Shown here: positions 23,929 to 37,830 of the stretch, in pieces
Layout: every line of letters starts with the position of its first letter
Position numbering within the stretch: position 1 is the stretch's first letter
NCBI RefSeq assembly: GCF_040938485.1
Contig: NW_027271492.1
Coordinates: 558,001-622,000, forward strand
DNA from: Diadema antillarum
Lineage: Eukaryota
Reading direction: 5' to 3'
DNA: 64,000 nucleotides
Made by a program: the position numbers and the translations under genes
Notes under the pieces: generated by a model
Databases searched by the model: none
What the model was told of the DNA's origin: nothing
Seen by the model: only the letters and a program-made list of their open reading frames with translations

Positions 23929-26433
23929 CATCATCTGTCAAACATTGCGAAGGTGCTAGCAATATCAGCACATATTATTATAATTATCATCAATTATTAT
24001 CATTTTATGCTCATCAAAAGATATTGGAATGCAGCTAACCCAAAATGTGAACATAACTTGCATTTTCAAAGAAATAATTATTTTTGTTAAGCATACCAGT
24101 AACATGAAAATAAGTTTTGTCGTGTTGTAATATCGCGGCAACGGCGACATTTTTTAAAGGAAAATGTAAATGTCATTACGCTATTTTTGCGCACAAACAA
24201 ATGGGAGAGCTGCGAGTTGACGGCATAATCGCATCAAGTGAGATAACTTCCTTGTTTACATCAATATCAGTATTCCTACTTTCTTGTCAGATTTCTTTCA
24301 CACTGGAGCGACGCGCTCTGTAACTCGTCATTTCCTACCAATCCAAATTAGTGCACTGTGTATATATGCGACTGATGGTGCACACAATTACACAAAGGTG
24401 CACACACACACACACACACACACACACCACGCACACTCCTTTTTAATGGTATTAAGTCACTGCCGTTCAAACAAGACAAAGGCAATATTATAAATTGTTA
24501 CTATTGCAACAAAGTAACACACAAAGCTACACTCGCACACACCTTTTTATCATTCACTCATAGAAACAGCCCTTCACATGACAGTGCCGATCGATTCACT
24601 TTTTGGGCACACATTGTGTCGTCACATGTATTCTCCCTCCCCTTCCCCCCCCCCCCCCCCCAACATAAAAGAATGTGCCATGCATGCAGGGAGTTAAATA
24701 TATTCCCTCTCATTTTGTGGCATTCATGACATCGGGGTAACATGTAACAACATGCACGTCGTCAAGTCAAAAAAAAAAATCTGGTTCTGATGAGTCTATC
24801 ACTATTTAATGACGATCGTGGTCATATCAAACTTTGTGTCAGAGGTCAACCAAGTTCCTAAAAATTCGCGATGGCAATGTCATCCCTGACTTCAGAAAGG
24901 CATACACAGTCGACAACGATAACATTCCTAGAAAATTGTACACAATTTATTGAATTAGATGCAGATGAATGATCAAAACTATAAAATACGGTTACAATAC
25001 TATTTTGATAACAATATTTATCTGAAAGACTTACGATCTGCAGTAGGTGTAGAAAACGTGCATATTACAGAGTACTTTTTTATGGATTCATTATAAACTT
25101 CAGCCACGAAAAAATGAATGCATACATGAATAGAATGTAAAGAGAAAGAAAACATGTAAGTGAAATGTAGTGTAAACATTAACTTATTAAAATTTTTTTA
25201 GGTGTTTGAGTGCAAATTCAGCTTTATAAAAATCGAAATTTGCCAGCAGTATTCAAAGCATGTGGCAATGAGCAACAGTCTACCGAAAAAAGAAAGAAAA
25301 AAGAACCAAAAAAAAAAAGAAAATATAAATTTCTCTTCCATGTTCTGCATGTGACAAGAGATTATCATATATTGTATTGGTACACAGAATCCATTTCTGT
25401 GCAAAATACATGATAGACAAGAAAAGATACATAGTACAAATGGTGTCAAAAATATAACTCAGTACTGGCAATTAATTTGCCGGTCCTTATACATCTCTGT
25501 GTATATTATTATTCTCTATTGCTCACCTCCCCTTCTTCCATTCTCTTCCTTTGTAGCACGTCTAGCTAAACAGCAGAGTATAGAAATGTTTTATACATTT
25601 GTAACAAGCAGTCAAAAGCAAACAATAACACTATAGCAATCACAACAACAGTATGATTTTTGCTCCTCCGCCATAACTAATTTGCTTTCCTTGTTTTGTT
25701 TCTGTTTCTATTTTTGTCTTTGTTTTTGTTTTTGTTTTGCTGTGCTTTTTTTTTAATGGGTAGGGGAAGGGAAAGAAAAGGTGATTTCATCTCTGGTATA
25801 CAGGAGCAACACATCAGCCTCTTGTTTACCCAAATACACAAAGAGTGAGACCCATCTCAACTCGATATCTTTTTTTTTTCTCACTAGGTGCAGTCACACT
25901 GGCAAGAGATCGAGAAGTTTGGAGGGCGTGGGGGAAAAATCCCTAGTTGGACTGGAAAGTTTCGCACAAAGTTTGTGGTCACACGGGCAAAACTTTGAGG
26001 TCTTAAAGATCGCAATCTTAAACTACTCGATCTTATGTCAGTCTACTACGTATTAAAATAAAAGATATATTTTAATAGACACTTTATGTGCCCTTGCACT
26101 GAACACACATAAACCATAACTTGCCAAGATTGGTGTTCGGTTGATATCACCCTGAAAAACAATTTAAGAAAGCAAGCAAACAAGTGAACAAACAAAGATC
26201 CCTGTTTTACACATACAAGAGAGTCAGCCTGAGCCCATCCCCTGGGTAAAAGTCAAACGAAACAAAATACATACACAAATAGGCCTGACTTCACGTATGT
26301 TAGATGGAGACACTCATATGTGTACCAATGACATAATTTGATCCAACCTCACTTGTAACACAATAAAGATTTACTTGGCTAGATTATGCCTTTTGATGCC
26401 ACCATTCAATGACATGACATCTGTGCCAATACG

Positions 26434-26903
26434 TTAAAGGAGGCCTCTGGAGGATTTTCTGATTTTTACATTTGAACAACTGTAAAAATAGTTATACTGA
26501 AGACAGAGTTTTAGAATCTACAATAATTGGGATAAAGAATAAGAACATTTTGAAAATTTAGAACAAATTGCAAAGAACAAGGATGATGACATGGCAGAGT
26601 CACCATAAGAATGCATGAGTTGGGGATCAAGGAAGCAGAACAAAAGAAGAAGGCATTCATAGATTATACATAGGTGAACTCACAAGCAAGCGGTATTGTA
26701 CTGGAAAAACTGCTACATATCTGAAATATGTGAACCTCCTATGTCATCATCCTTGTTCAGTTCAGTGTAATTTGTCTTAGGTTTTTCAAAGTATTGTTTC
26801 TCTGCTCAAGAACCATAAAAAATTCCACAAATCTATGCATGGAGTTGTCGATTTATGTATTACATGACGTGAAATTACGAAAATCATTTGGAATGCCCCT
26901 TTA
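26434..26903. mobile_element. TTAAAGG-ended non-autonomous element downstream of the EPDR-D stop codon
   Basis: TTAAAGGAGG...GATTTTC at the left and GAAAATC...GCCCCTTTA at the right (imperfect TIR). Confidence 0.5.
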
Positions 26904-26976
26904 TTAACTACACCATGCCACCTCCAGCTCCAATTCCAGCTCCATCTCTACCTTAATGCAGCCTCTTCCCCTCGTC

Positions 26977-28083
26977 TCAGAAGAGGGAGGGGATGATAAA
27001 GTCGCCAAGGTCCAGCAACTCTTGACCACTCTTGGAAGACATGTGACCGTCCTGCTTGAAGATACAAGATACAAGTACATGTATGAAATCATCTTTAGCT
27101 ATAGATTTACTAATCTTTGCTCAATCAATTAAAGACTGTGTAGTCTGGGGGATTTGTGGGTGGTTCATTTCATTCATTGCCCAACTGATTACTGTAAAAG
27201 TGGAAATTTTCGCAGTGCTGAAATTTTCGCGCATTTCACGCAACCAGAAACTAGCGCGAAAATAAAAACACGCAAATAATTTTTCCTGCCATATGTTCCT
27301 GTGCACGATGTCTTGATTCCACGGAATTAAAAACACGCAAAACTCTTCAGACCCGGCCAAGCGCGAAAAATTAGTCGCACGCAAATATCCACTTTTACAG
27401 TACTCAGTGTTCTGGTAGTAGCCATGATAAAAATCACAGGCAGTACATGTATTTTAGTAGTAGCCATGATAGAAATCACAGACAGTAAATTAGTAGTGTC
27501 ATGATAAAAATCACAGGCAGTCTTTTAGTAGCAGCCATGATAAAAATCATGGGTATACATATAATACTCCAGACGGATTTGACCCAATAACCTCCTGATT
27601 ACTAGACAGACATCGGTGCCCACTAGACTTCAAAACTTTGGCCTGATTGCCAGTGCTTACAGATGGATGGTATGATCAAGGGCAATGGAGGGAAGGACAG
27701 ATGGACAACCCGAAGACACAATGCTTCCTGCAATACTTAAAAAATAGAAAAGAAATTGGCATTCAAATATCCCATCAAATACATATTTTTTTTCGAGAGT
27801 TGTCATCAGCAAAACCTCAATATTGACAACATTGATAACAGTTACAAGATAATGATCATTATTTGAAAGATCAATGTCTAAAAGGTTCATCAAAGAGAAC
27901 ATTTCCGATCACTTCACATGGCCTGCACAGACACAGAACACTTTTTAGAATTCAAGGAAGTAATGGCTTTCATATCACTCATATTGCACAAGAGCACATG
28001 ACATGCTATCATATTACACAGCAACAAAACTATCAGGGCTATAAATTGCCCATTAAAGCTAGAATCTATTTTTGGGTGAGTTT

Positions 28084-28131
<48 letters not shown>

Positions 28132-31100
28132 GGGGAGGGGAGGGGTGTTTCATAAAGCTGTTTGTAAAGTTACGAACTTATGAGCGACTGGCGATCAGCT
28201 CTAATATGCTATTTTCAATAATTCAGCACAAGAACTGATCACCATTCACTCGCAAGTTGTTCACAACTTTACAAACAGCTTTATGAGACAGGGCCCTGGT
28301 TGAGTACTGAAATTGGAGGTTGTTGTGTTGTGCTTAAATGCAAGGTATGAAGTCATGTCACTGTAGGATAATTATTCTATCAAATTCATACACAGTGCAT
28401 CAATGTAAAATCAATGCACATGGAAAGTTATACATTTTTTTTGTTTATCAAGGTCAATCAAACTTTTTTTTTTTACCAGGATGCAGAAAAGAACACATTT
28501 ATCACGATTTCTTTTCAAAATTATCCTACGAAAAAAAAAGAAAGATATTACTATATATGAGATTTTGATTCCATAAAAAAAAAGAAATACTAAGAGCTCA
28601 ACACATAGTCTTTTCACCCACTGAGGACAGACTGATTTTGCTACACCACCCATTTCCCATACACACCTGCGCGAGTATACTCGGGACTTGTCCTCAATGG
28701 GTTAACCATTATGTTTTTTTGAAAGTGATCATTAGATCTCTTGTGAACTGATGTACCAATGCAATTTCATGTATGCCCAAATACACTTTGTGCCAAACTC
28801 TCAGTCAACATTCTACAGCAATGTGTTTTAAGAGGAAGTACGTACAAAGAGCAACATATGAAGTTTAGAAAACAGTGAATGCAGCAATAGAATTGTGAAA
28901 CACAAAAAGTGAAAGTTTAAAGTGTTCTAAAATATACAAGTTGTGATTAATTCTGCTTGACACACTCTCTCATGTGACAAAATTACAATGACATATGACA
29001 GGAAGTATACAAAGAATTTCCCACAATTCAATATCTCAAAGGAGTACATGTATTTTTAATAGTTAAGAGTCCTTCTGAAGGTATGGAGAGTGACTGTAGC
29101 TAAACTTAATAGCAGTAGTGAATCAAATTGAAAACACAGTTAGATGAAATCATGTTAGGTTAAATAAATTTTATGTACATACACACACACAGATATCCAT
29201 GCCCTTTGGAGGGGCTAGGTTGAGCGCTCTTTCAATCTCCCCGGAAAAAAAAAAAAAAAAAAAAAAATTATCTAAATTCTTTTTGCATTTGAAGAGTCTG
29301 TTCGCAAAAACCGATAAGTCCATTTTTGAAGATTTTGAAGTACGGTCTCTGTCATAAAGTACAAAATAATACCTTTTGAATGATACGTACATTGGTCACT
29401 ACACATAAAGGTACATGTTTGAAGTTATGGTCAAAAGAAGCAAACATTTCCTTATTATTCTCTTTATTTTTCTTGACCTTTAATCGCAAATATCTCCATT
29501 TGACAAATATGGACTTATCGATTTTTGCGAACAAACTCTTCATTTCCTTCATGTTCTTCTACTGCACTTTTGTGACATGGCAAGTTGATGTGAAGTTCCC
29601 ATCCAGAAGTGTAACACAGATTTAACCACATTTAAAAAAAAAAGTTATTAGATACACCATGACAGTGTTATTCAAGCAAACTTTCACTGCTGTGTTATAC
29701 TAATCTCCCTGCATCTACTGAATAACTACATGTTCAAGAAAACATCCCTATTTACATCAAATTCATTGTGATGACAAGTTTGTAAACTGAGAGCAATGAG
29801 CTGTCAAAATCTGCCAGAAGGATGTACATGTAAGTATAAAAGGGATGGTATGGTTTTGGTTGAGAAGGGGATTCATATTAAACTTTTTGAGAGATAATTA
29901 GAGACCACTTATGAAATATTAAATAGAATACAATTATACGAGGAATTAGAAACTTATATGAAGAAAATTGGTTTTGGGGCCCTCAGAGGCCCTCATAAAA
30001 AGTGGGACCAACATTTTATCATGACCACTTTGTTTTACTTCGTTTTGAGATAATTTTCATCAAATACACTTTCAATTCCTTTTGAATGCTCTTAAAATTT
30101 CATAAAAGTGGTTTCCAATTATCGGGGCAAAAAGTTAAAACCTGGATACCCATCTCAACCAAACCTATACCTTCCCTTCTTAATGAAACTTACCTCATTG
30201 CAGAACGAGGGGAGATTGAACCACTTGCCAGGGTCTGGAATGCCAACAGTCACGTTTGAAAACCCTGAAATTTCCATCATGCCAGCTGAAAATCAAGAAG
30301 AATACATTATGAACACTCTCCTCTTGCAGCAATTAATGAACACTCTCTTCTTGTGGCATTATGATTTTTATACCAGGTAATATTAAGGTGTTGGACATAA
30401 TGTTGCACTGATAATTAGATATTCTTTGGAGTAGATGATAATTTAAGGCAAAGAATTTTTTCTAAACACTTTTAATAACTTGAAATGTGAATGTGGTATA
30501 TAATATGCTATAAAGATTATTCAAGCAATTTCATGGAACAGGGGAAGGGGGTATGGGGAAGGAAGAGGCATGAGAAAGGTGGGTTGTTTGGAGAGGAAGG
30601 GATATTGGAAAGGTGGGTCATGTAGCCCATGGGGTAGGGAGGGGTATCTATCAGTGGTGGATCCAGAGGCCTGAGGAGGGGGGGGGGGGGGAAGCACACC
30701 GCACACACGCCCCCTCTTTATTTGTTGTTTAAACAGAAGAAATAAAAAGAAAAAAATAAGATGAAACCCAGAAGTAGCACCAGAAATATTGTTTGTGCCC
30801 CCTTTTACAGAATTCCTGGGTATGGAGAAGGGGAGGGGTATGACAAAAGGGAGGGAGTATAGAAAAGGGGGTGGTAAAGGTCAGTACAGGTTGTGGGAAA
30901 TTGAATGGATTATGTGAAACGGAGGGGTATGAACAAGGGAAAGGGTAAAGCGAAGGAAGGGGTGTTGGAAAGGGGTGGAGTATGGGGAAGGGAAAGGACA
31001 AATGGTAAGAAAGGGTGTGGTGAAGGGAGAGAATGTAAGAAAGGAGAGGGACAAAGGGAAGGAAAATGCTTCATGCTGTCACTCATTCAATTACATCTGT

Positions 31101-34100
31101 TCAGAATTAACTCTTTATGTGCCATGGTGGAAACCCCCTGTGTGCCACATTATTCTGAGACACGAAGGCAGTCATGCTTTGAGAAAGAATTCTGTTTTTC
31201 CAATTTGTATTTATAACTTCTACAAATTTCTGTTAAGATGGGCATAATAGTAGGCAAAGTTAAAGAGGAATGCCTAGCTTTGTTTCGATATGAATTGTAT
31301 GACGACTCTATTTTCAATTTGTCTTTTAATGACCAGTTGCTACATTACTATAAAGGCATGACTTTTGCACATTAAACTGTGACAGAAACTTAGAATGTAC
31401 GAGCACATCTAGTTGGGAACATCGCTTGATAGTCGATCACCACAAAGAATGCAAGCCGTACACGACGTATATGAGAGGAACAAAAGCACGAGAAACGCTT
31501 TCATTTTGCCGCGGGATTAGCAGTAATTAGAGGTTTATCGATCGGTCTTGGCGGCTTTGTTTGTTGAGCAGAATATGCGAAGTTGGCATGCCGTCGACTG
31601 AGTCGGAGGTGCGAATGTGGCACATAAAGAGTTAATCTAAAAATATACATAACATACAGTTTTGTACTCTGAAGAATTTTGGAATCCAAGCTGATTTCAA
31701 GTAAGGGTCGGTGGTCAATACATTGACAAGGAAACCTTAGGCTCACTGACCTACAAGAGGCATGTCACTGCGGCTCCCCTGGAATTGACTGCTGACAGGG
31801 GTGCATATTCCTGAGTTGTTGGTCTTCCGCACCCCGAGATTCACAATCCCTTGCCGTGGGTCATCGGGTCCAGGAAAGTAATAAAAGGAGCTGACCGTTA
31901 TCCCATCCACTCCTCCAATGATGCCATCACCAACAGGCACAGCTCCATCTGAAAATTGGTTACGTAAAAAAAAAGTTTATCAAAAAGATCAACAGACCAA
32001 AGGTGAGAACTACTGTGAAAGTGAAATTTTCTTTTGCGATCTTGAAATTTTTGTGCAATTCATGCAGACATGCAAATATACTTGCTTGCCATATGTCCCA
32101 GTAGTTAATATTCACTTCAAGGCTACATCAAAATGCAGGACTTGGGTGAGAAGTTCCTGCAACAATCAACAACTCGTATCTAGAAAACTAAGTAGACAAA
32201 AAAAAAATACACAAATAAACAGATAAACAAATAAAACATAAAACATTCTAAACCAACAATATACGTACATAACTGAAACATCTACACACCTCACAAACAA
32301 TTCAAATATATTTTTTTTAAATTCATCCCTCCACACATACAGAAACTACTCAAACTAACTAACTGACTACCTAACTAACTAACTGACTGTAGAACTACAG
32401 TGTACATTAATCAATAAAATAAAAACTAATTTACATAAGATATAAAATGAAACAAAATGAAAATGAAGAGTGTGTCAGCATGTGTGCTTCTCCCAAGCGT
32501 TGGGTTAACTATTCCATGCTTATAGATCTTCTGTCCAGGAAAAGAGCTCCAAATTCTTCACAAGCACACACATTAGACACACACATCTCACATGCTCCTG
32601 GGGCAGTGTATACTCACCTGGAATGCATCTGGTAGGCACAGGTTTGAAGGCGGGCTGCTTGACACACACCTTGTACGAATCAAAGATGGCCCACTGAGTG
32701 TCCTGGTGAGAATTGGTAGAGATTGAAATGAGATGGAGAGGAAACAAAAGTGAACATGAGAATCAAAGCAGGGCCGGCAGAGCATTTTCAAAAGTGGGGG
32801 CGCACTTCCGGGTTTGATGAGCTAACAAGCCAAAAAAAAAAAAAAAAAAAAAAAAGGGGGCCCTCAGCTCATATCTCCCCTTCCACTTCCAGATTTCTTC
32901 TGCCAAAGTGATGACACCGTATTATGTATTCCTTTGTATGGTGCACAAAAAGTTCTGCTAACCATGCAAAGTATCAAATGTCTTTCCATAATTTACCATT
33001 ATCTATTAATTTTTAGTGATCATGAATTCTGTAATCTCATTGGTCAATCACACTCAGACCAACCACTGAATATATTTTCCGTATTCCGTGATATGACATC
33101 ATGATATTACACAGCTAGCTGTGCGTGTATGTATGCGCGCATAATCAGCTCGCGAGACATAAGGTCAACATGGCTAGGCTGACAGCTGGCGATTTCAACA
33201 TCATTCACGAGAGGAAATCAGCCAGAAGACGGTTAGCACTTACACTTAAAGCTAAAATCCTTACCCCCTGCTTTTTTTACAAAATATGGGAAATATCTAT
33301 GGTCTGGTGCCATATTCGATTCGGCTTTCAGCCTCATGGAATATGGCACCAAGCCGTAGGTATTTGCCCGTATTTCATGAACAAGCAGGGGGTAACTAAT
33401 ATCACCTCTGCCAAGGAGGATTATGTTTCTCAGCAATAGTAAGACAATCTGGTGGATAAAGGATGACACTTATTAGCACTGCTTGAAATCTAAATAAAAG
33501 GCAAAAATATGGTCAAAACTGTATCAACAAGCCTTGAAAAGTACATTGTAGAAACTCACTCCCCTGCAGATAGGGCAAAATTAAACCTTTCCAGCAATAT
33601 CTCACTTGTATCACAACAATGAATATTCAAGAAGTTATGGTTAAAGTCATCCTGTATTTTCTTATCATTTCTTTGTTTTTGGCAGCTATAATAAAAAATA
33701 TCTCAACTTAACAAGAAAGGAATTAGCTCGTCCTGCGATAAAACTCTACAATTAGTGACTTTGGGGTTAAAAAATGATCCAATTTTTGCTGCACGAGTAG
33801 ACTGTATATATGCCAAGATTACATTCACACTCCTAAATGCTAAGTGAGACATACAGCATAAAAATTATGCATAATGGGGAAATAAAGAGAAACACTATCT
33901 GTAATATGAGATTCAACTACAACTAGAAACGCATGTACGGTAAACAGTTAATATTTATCTCCACTCATACTTCACCACAGTTGGTTTCCAGTGTCTCATT
34001 AAAAGCAATTTATTGTTATTGCCACTACATTGTATGTTTGCTTGATTGGTGCGGCACAAAACCTGTTATCAGTGAGCACACTATCTAAATGCCCTTACTG

Positions 34101-35498
34101 GCACAGATATGGTTAACTGGCGTTCGCTTACTGTGGTATAGTTCTGGATTATTCGAAAAGAGATCTGCGTCCCATTCATGTAGTCGATGTACATGCCAAA
34201 GCCGAAAGTCATCGCAGAAAAGTCAAAGGCGCCATAGATGTAGCTAGTCAACCCAGAGCCGCCTTTGAAGTACTCATACTGCCCCATGGAGGTCCCTACA
34301 ATTTGAAGCACACAATATGAACACATTTTCAAAAGCAGAAATATAGTATAAGTCAAAGTCTTTGAAATTTGCATGATATCACCTTGAATGAATTCAAATT
34401 GAACAGGTATTACTATTGTATGGGAACAATTGGAATATACATAAGTATACTGAAGTCTGTCTTTTTGTAAACGTCATTGAGATAATGTGATATAAAATGA
34501 TACTTAAGATAGAAATTACTCTGTCAGTAGGTAACAGAGATCTGATGTCAGAGCAAATTCATTGTTGGCATGTAGCATTTTTATCCCTCATTTATAAGGC
34601 GGCATTATCAAATTACCTTGTTCGCAGAAAACTGTTTTGAGCATTTCTTCTCAAATAATGTATAGTTTATAGAACTCTTTTCCATTTTAAAAATCTGTGC
34701 AGCTTGGTCCAAGACTGAGTCTCTGATATAGTGTAAACATAAAACTACGATTACAGTGAGGATAAAAATTAATGCTACTTTTTACAAAGAAAACTCTAAA
34801 AAAAATGCAAAAATCTGTGTGACAATATTTATCACACTCAATCTTCAAACAGACAGAATATATCAGGGGTTGCAATAAACAGTCAGTATGCACACATCCT
34901 GCTGGTATTTGAGGTAGACCCATGTCTTGCTAGTACATGGTTAATTCTCAAAAATTCTCTGTACTAAAGTGTTGTTTTCTTATAAATGCATTAGAACATC
35001 TTCCTACAATCATAAATTTGACTGTTTCTGTAACTAAATATGAAAGGGCATATTTAAGAGGAATTCAAAGTTTACTATTTGGATGAAAATTGGTTTTGAA
35101 AAGGCAGAGATATCCAAAAACAAAGAAGCCCTATTAAAAGGTGGGAAAAGTGGTCCTAATTAAAGGTGGGACACACTGTTCATTAGTACTACTTTGATTT
35201 ATTTTGTGTTTGGATATCTCAGCCTTTCAAGACCAATTTTCATCAAATAAACTGTGAATTTCTCTTAAAATTGCATGCTCTCTAATGTTTCATATTCAAG
35301 TTGTTTGTAATCATCATGCAAAAAAATCCAAATCTGAATCTCCTACCTCAACCAAAACCACACCATCCCTTCAAAGTGATTCACATACAAGCTCCACTTA
35401 CCGATTCCTGCCATGTACTGCAGGGGTGCACAGCAAGCTGACTGAGCATTGGCTGACGACACAGCAACTAGGAGAGTGGTGATGGCAAATAGCTTCAT
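26977..35498 (-). CDS. Ependymin-related protein, paralog D (236 aa, 6 coding exons)
   Basis: Exons 35498-35402, 34295-34132, 32702-32618, 31948-31751, 30285-30194, 27051-26977, all GT-AG, 711 nt open: MKLFAITTLLVAVSSANAQSACCAPLQYMAGIGTSMGQYEYFKGGSGLTSYIYGAFDFSAMTFGFGMYIDYMNGTQISFRIIQNYTTDTQWAIFDSYKVCVKQPAFKPVPTRCIPDGAVPVGDGIIGGVDGITVSSFYYFPGPDDPRQGIVNLGVRKTNNSGICTPVSSQFQGSRSDMPLVAGMMEISGFSNVTVGIPDPGKWFNLPSFCNEDGHMSSKSGQELLDLGDFIIPSLF*. Six conserved Cys; intron phases identical to the paralogs. Confidence 0.9.
27192..27400. mobile_element. MITE CTGTAAAAGTGGA...TCCACTTTTACAG with TA TSD
   Basis: 13-bp TIR, TA on both flanks, internal TTCGCG repeats. A second copy is at 35810-36019. Confidence 0.8.
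27415..27549. repeat. Minisatellite, 4 copies of a roughly 35-43 bp unit (GTAGTAGCCATGATAAAAATCACAGGCAGT)
   Basis: Directly visible. Confidence 0.8.
28143..28297. mobile_element. Small MITE (TCATAAAGCTGTTTGTAAAGTT / AACTTTACAAACAGCTTTATGA), preceded by a long G run
   Basis: 22-bp inverted repeat. Confidence 0.65.
31107..31635. mobile_element. TTAA-flanked non-autonomous element (TTAACTCTTTATGTGCC...GGCACATAAAGAGTTAA)
   Basis: 17-bp perfect TIR including TTAA. Its left about 135 bp recur inverted at 38365-38495. Confidence 0.8.
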
Positions 35499-35809
35499 CT
35501 TCAAGCTGTACCAGATCTATAAAGAAGAAGAAAAATGGGGAAAAAAAAAAGAAATCAAAAACTCATCCAATTAGCTGTGATCAACATACAGATGATAAGA
35601 AATCAATACAAGTTGTACATTATAGTCTTGCATGTAATATGGGTACCCTTCTCCTTGTTAAGCTATTCTATTTTTCAAAAGGGTCACTTTGGTACATTGT
35701 ACACTTCCATCATCAGGATCCATTTTCACAATGCAGATAAACAGGGAGACGCAAAATTAACACATCTTGTATCATATTGCAATGTTTGCACTGGGCCGGA
35801 TTTCAACTA

Positions 35810-36019
35810 CTGTAAAAGTGGTTTCATTCGCGTACAGAAACTTTCGCGGTTTCCATCGGTTCAGACTTTTTCGCGCGTGTTTAAATTCGCGGTCGGCAAT
35901 GATAGCGTTGTACAAGCGACAAGTTCAAAACATTTTCGCGTGATGTTAAATTCGCGGTTCAACCTCAAAGCGCGAAAAGCGCGAAAATAAAACCACCGCG
36001 AAAGAATCCACTTTTACAG
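35810..36019. mobile_element. Second CTGTAAAAGTGG MITE with TA TSD
   Basis: TIR plus flanking TA. Confidence 0.8.
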
Positions 36020-37289
36020 TAATGGACTTTAGTTCAGCACTACAATATCCATGGAGTTCAGTGTCTTGGCAGATACGATATTTACATATTTGAATGTTCC
36101 TCTTACATACTAGAAGTTGTTTTAAAGCAGGGAATAATTTTCCTGGTAACGCATGGCAATTTGCTATGCATTTTTACAACACTGCTACACAAACTATCTT
36201 TTGTGAAGCAGTTTTCTTCCATAGAAGTGTGCAAGATACCATTTGAAATTTGAACAATTTGTTCATCAGCTGAAATTGCTAATCAAATTTGAGTTGGAAA
36301 ATTATTCCCTGCAAAGCATACATACATCATCACCTACAGTGCACCTGATGTTTAAATATACACATCACCTACAGTGCAGCTGATGTTTAAACATGCACTC
36401 TACCTACTCTATTTCTTTTCAAATTGTATATACCCTAAGTTTTGTATATTCATTTCGAATCTAAAACCAGAACAGCCATTCCATGTAACTAGACACCAGG
36501 ACCTTAAAATTTCAAGTTCAAGCAATTATGAAAAAATATTTATATTTGCGTAGGTATGTTCAAAGGGTGTAAATCTAATTTTTCACGTCTTTTCACTTTC
36601 TAACAGCCGAGTTACACCTCCCAGAACAAAGATCACATTTACTACAAAACTGATTCCTTTTTGGTACTTTTTTTGATTTCCCTATTCAAGGCAATTTCTA
36701 TTATCTATAGATTCATATTTTTTTCACATAAGCCCTAATTTTATACCCATTTTTCCATATCAAGTTGTTTTTTTCATTTATATGTAATGAGTTTGACAAT
36801 ATTTTAGATTGAAAACACCCTCGAAATGTGTCTCGCGAGTCACAAAAATATGTGTATATTTTAGATTGCTTGAAAAGTAGTCGACTGTATGAATTGTAGC
36901 TGGTAAATAATGAGGATCTCAGAGTCCTCAATCATACCAGAAAGTAAGGTTTCTATTTGTAAACCCCTTCAATGTGAAAAACACCTATGACAAAATTAAA
37001 GAACAGATGATTGAGATTTAAAAAAAAAAAATCTGCCTTGATGCTAATCATGTAAGATGTTTAATTTGCCCAATTAAGGTAAATGGTTTATGTCAATTAA
37101 TAAATAAGTAGTTTTATGATAAGTAATATATAGCTACAAATAACTCGAATTGTCAACTTCCGTTTGGTTGGTCAATAAATAAAATGGTAGGAGGTGGGTG
37201 GCCGCCTCGTCAACAAAATTGAAGTATAATGCATCAGGAATTCTTCATGAAATTTACAACTACTTGCACTGTATGTCAGCTCCACTTCT

Positions 37290-37830
37290 GTGAAGTTCTT
37301 GGAAGATTGCTTCATAAAGAGACAACAATCAGCGAGTTACATTGTATGAATATGACAAGAAATGGCTTCAAATCTTCCTACAGATTTTGCTGTCCTCCAA
37401 ATTGACTTCCCTGAGAATCATTCATGCTCCAGTTAAGATGAAGTCCAATCTGCCATTTGGAATCAGGTGCAAATAGCTCTCTATGCATCAATAATGTGGC
37501 CCCAGGAGAAAATTATCATCATCAATGATTAGGCCTACTTAGACCATGACAAAACAGTATGATGTTGTACACTGTAGTTTTTGTGGATGAGCTTCTGTCA
37601 ACGGTCATGACGGTCAGCAGAGAAGTGAATTGGTCAAAATATGGTTAGATGGTCCTGCAAGCCAATTCAAAATAGATTTGTTATCAGTGTCCTACCTATG
37701 CTGATAGAGAAACACAACATTGACCTACAATGTAGTGTGGAACTTCAGTGCTACTAGTCATGGAAAAGATCCGGTTGACAAAGATATTGGGGCAGAGCTT
37801 CGGTTATATGTGAAAAATCAAAACTTGCGC
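37290..37830 (+). pseudogene. Degraded DDD transposase relic (Sola-type)
   Basis: Across stops and frameshifts it reads CFIKRQQS, VLQIDFPENHSC, DEVQSAIWNQVQIALY, LDHDK, IWLDGPASQFK and WNFSATSHGKDPVD. These match the DFxENY / QDExQSxHW / SDGxxxQFKN / WxFFATSHGKxxxDG transposase signature. Confidence 0.7.

Noticed and set aside
30525-31075. Pro/Phe-rich or Gly/Lys/Glu-rich ORFs
   Set aside because: Purine-rich low-complexity intron sequence around a MITE.
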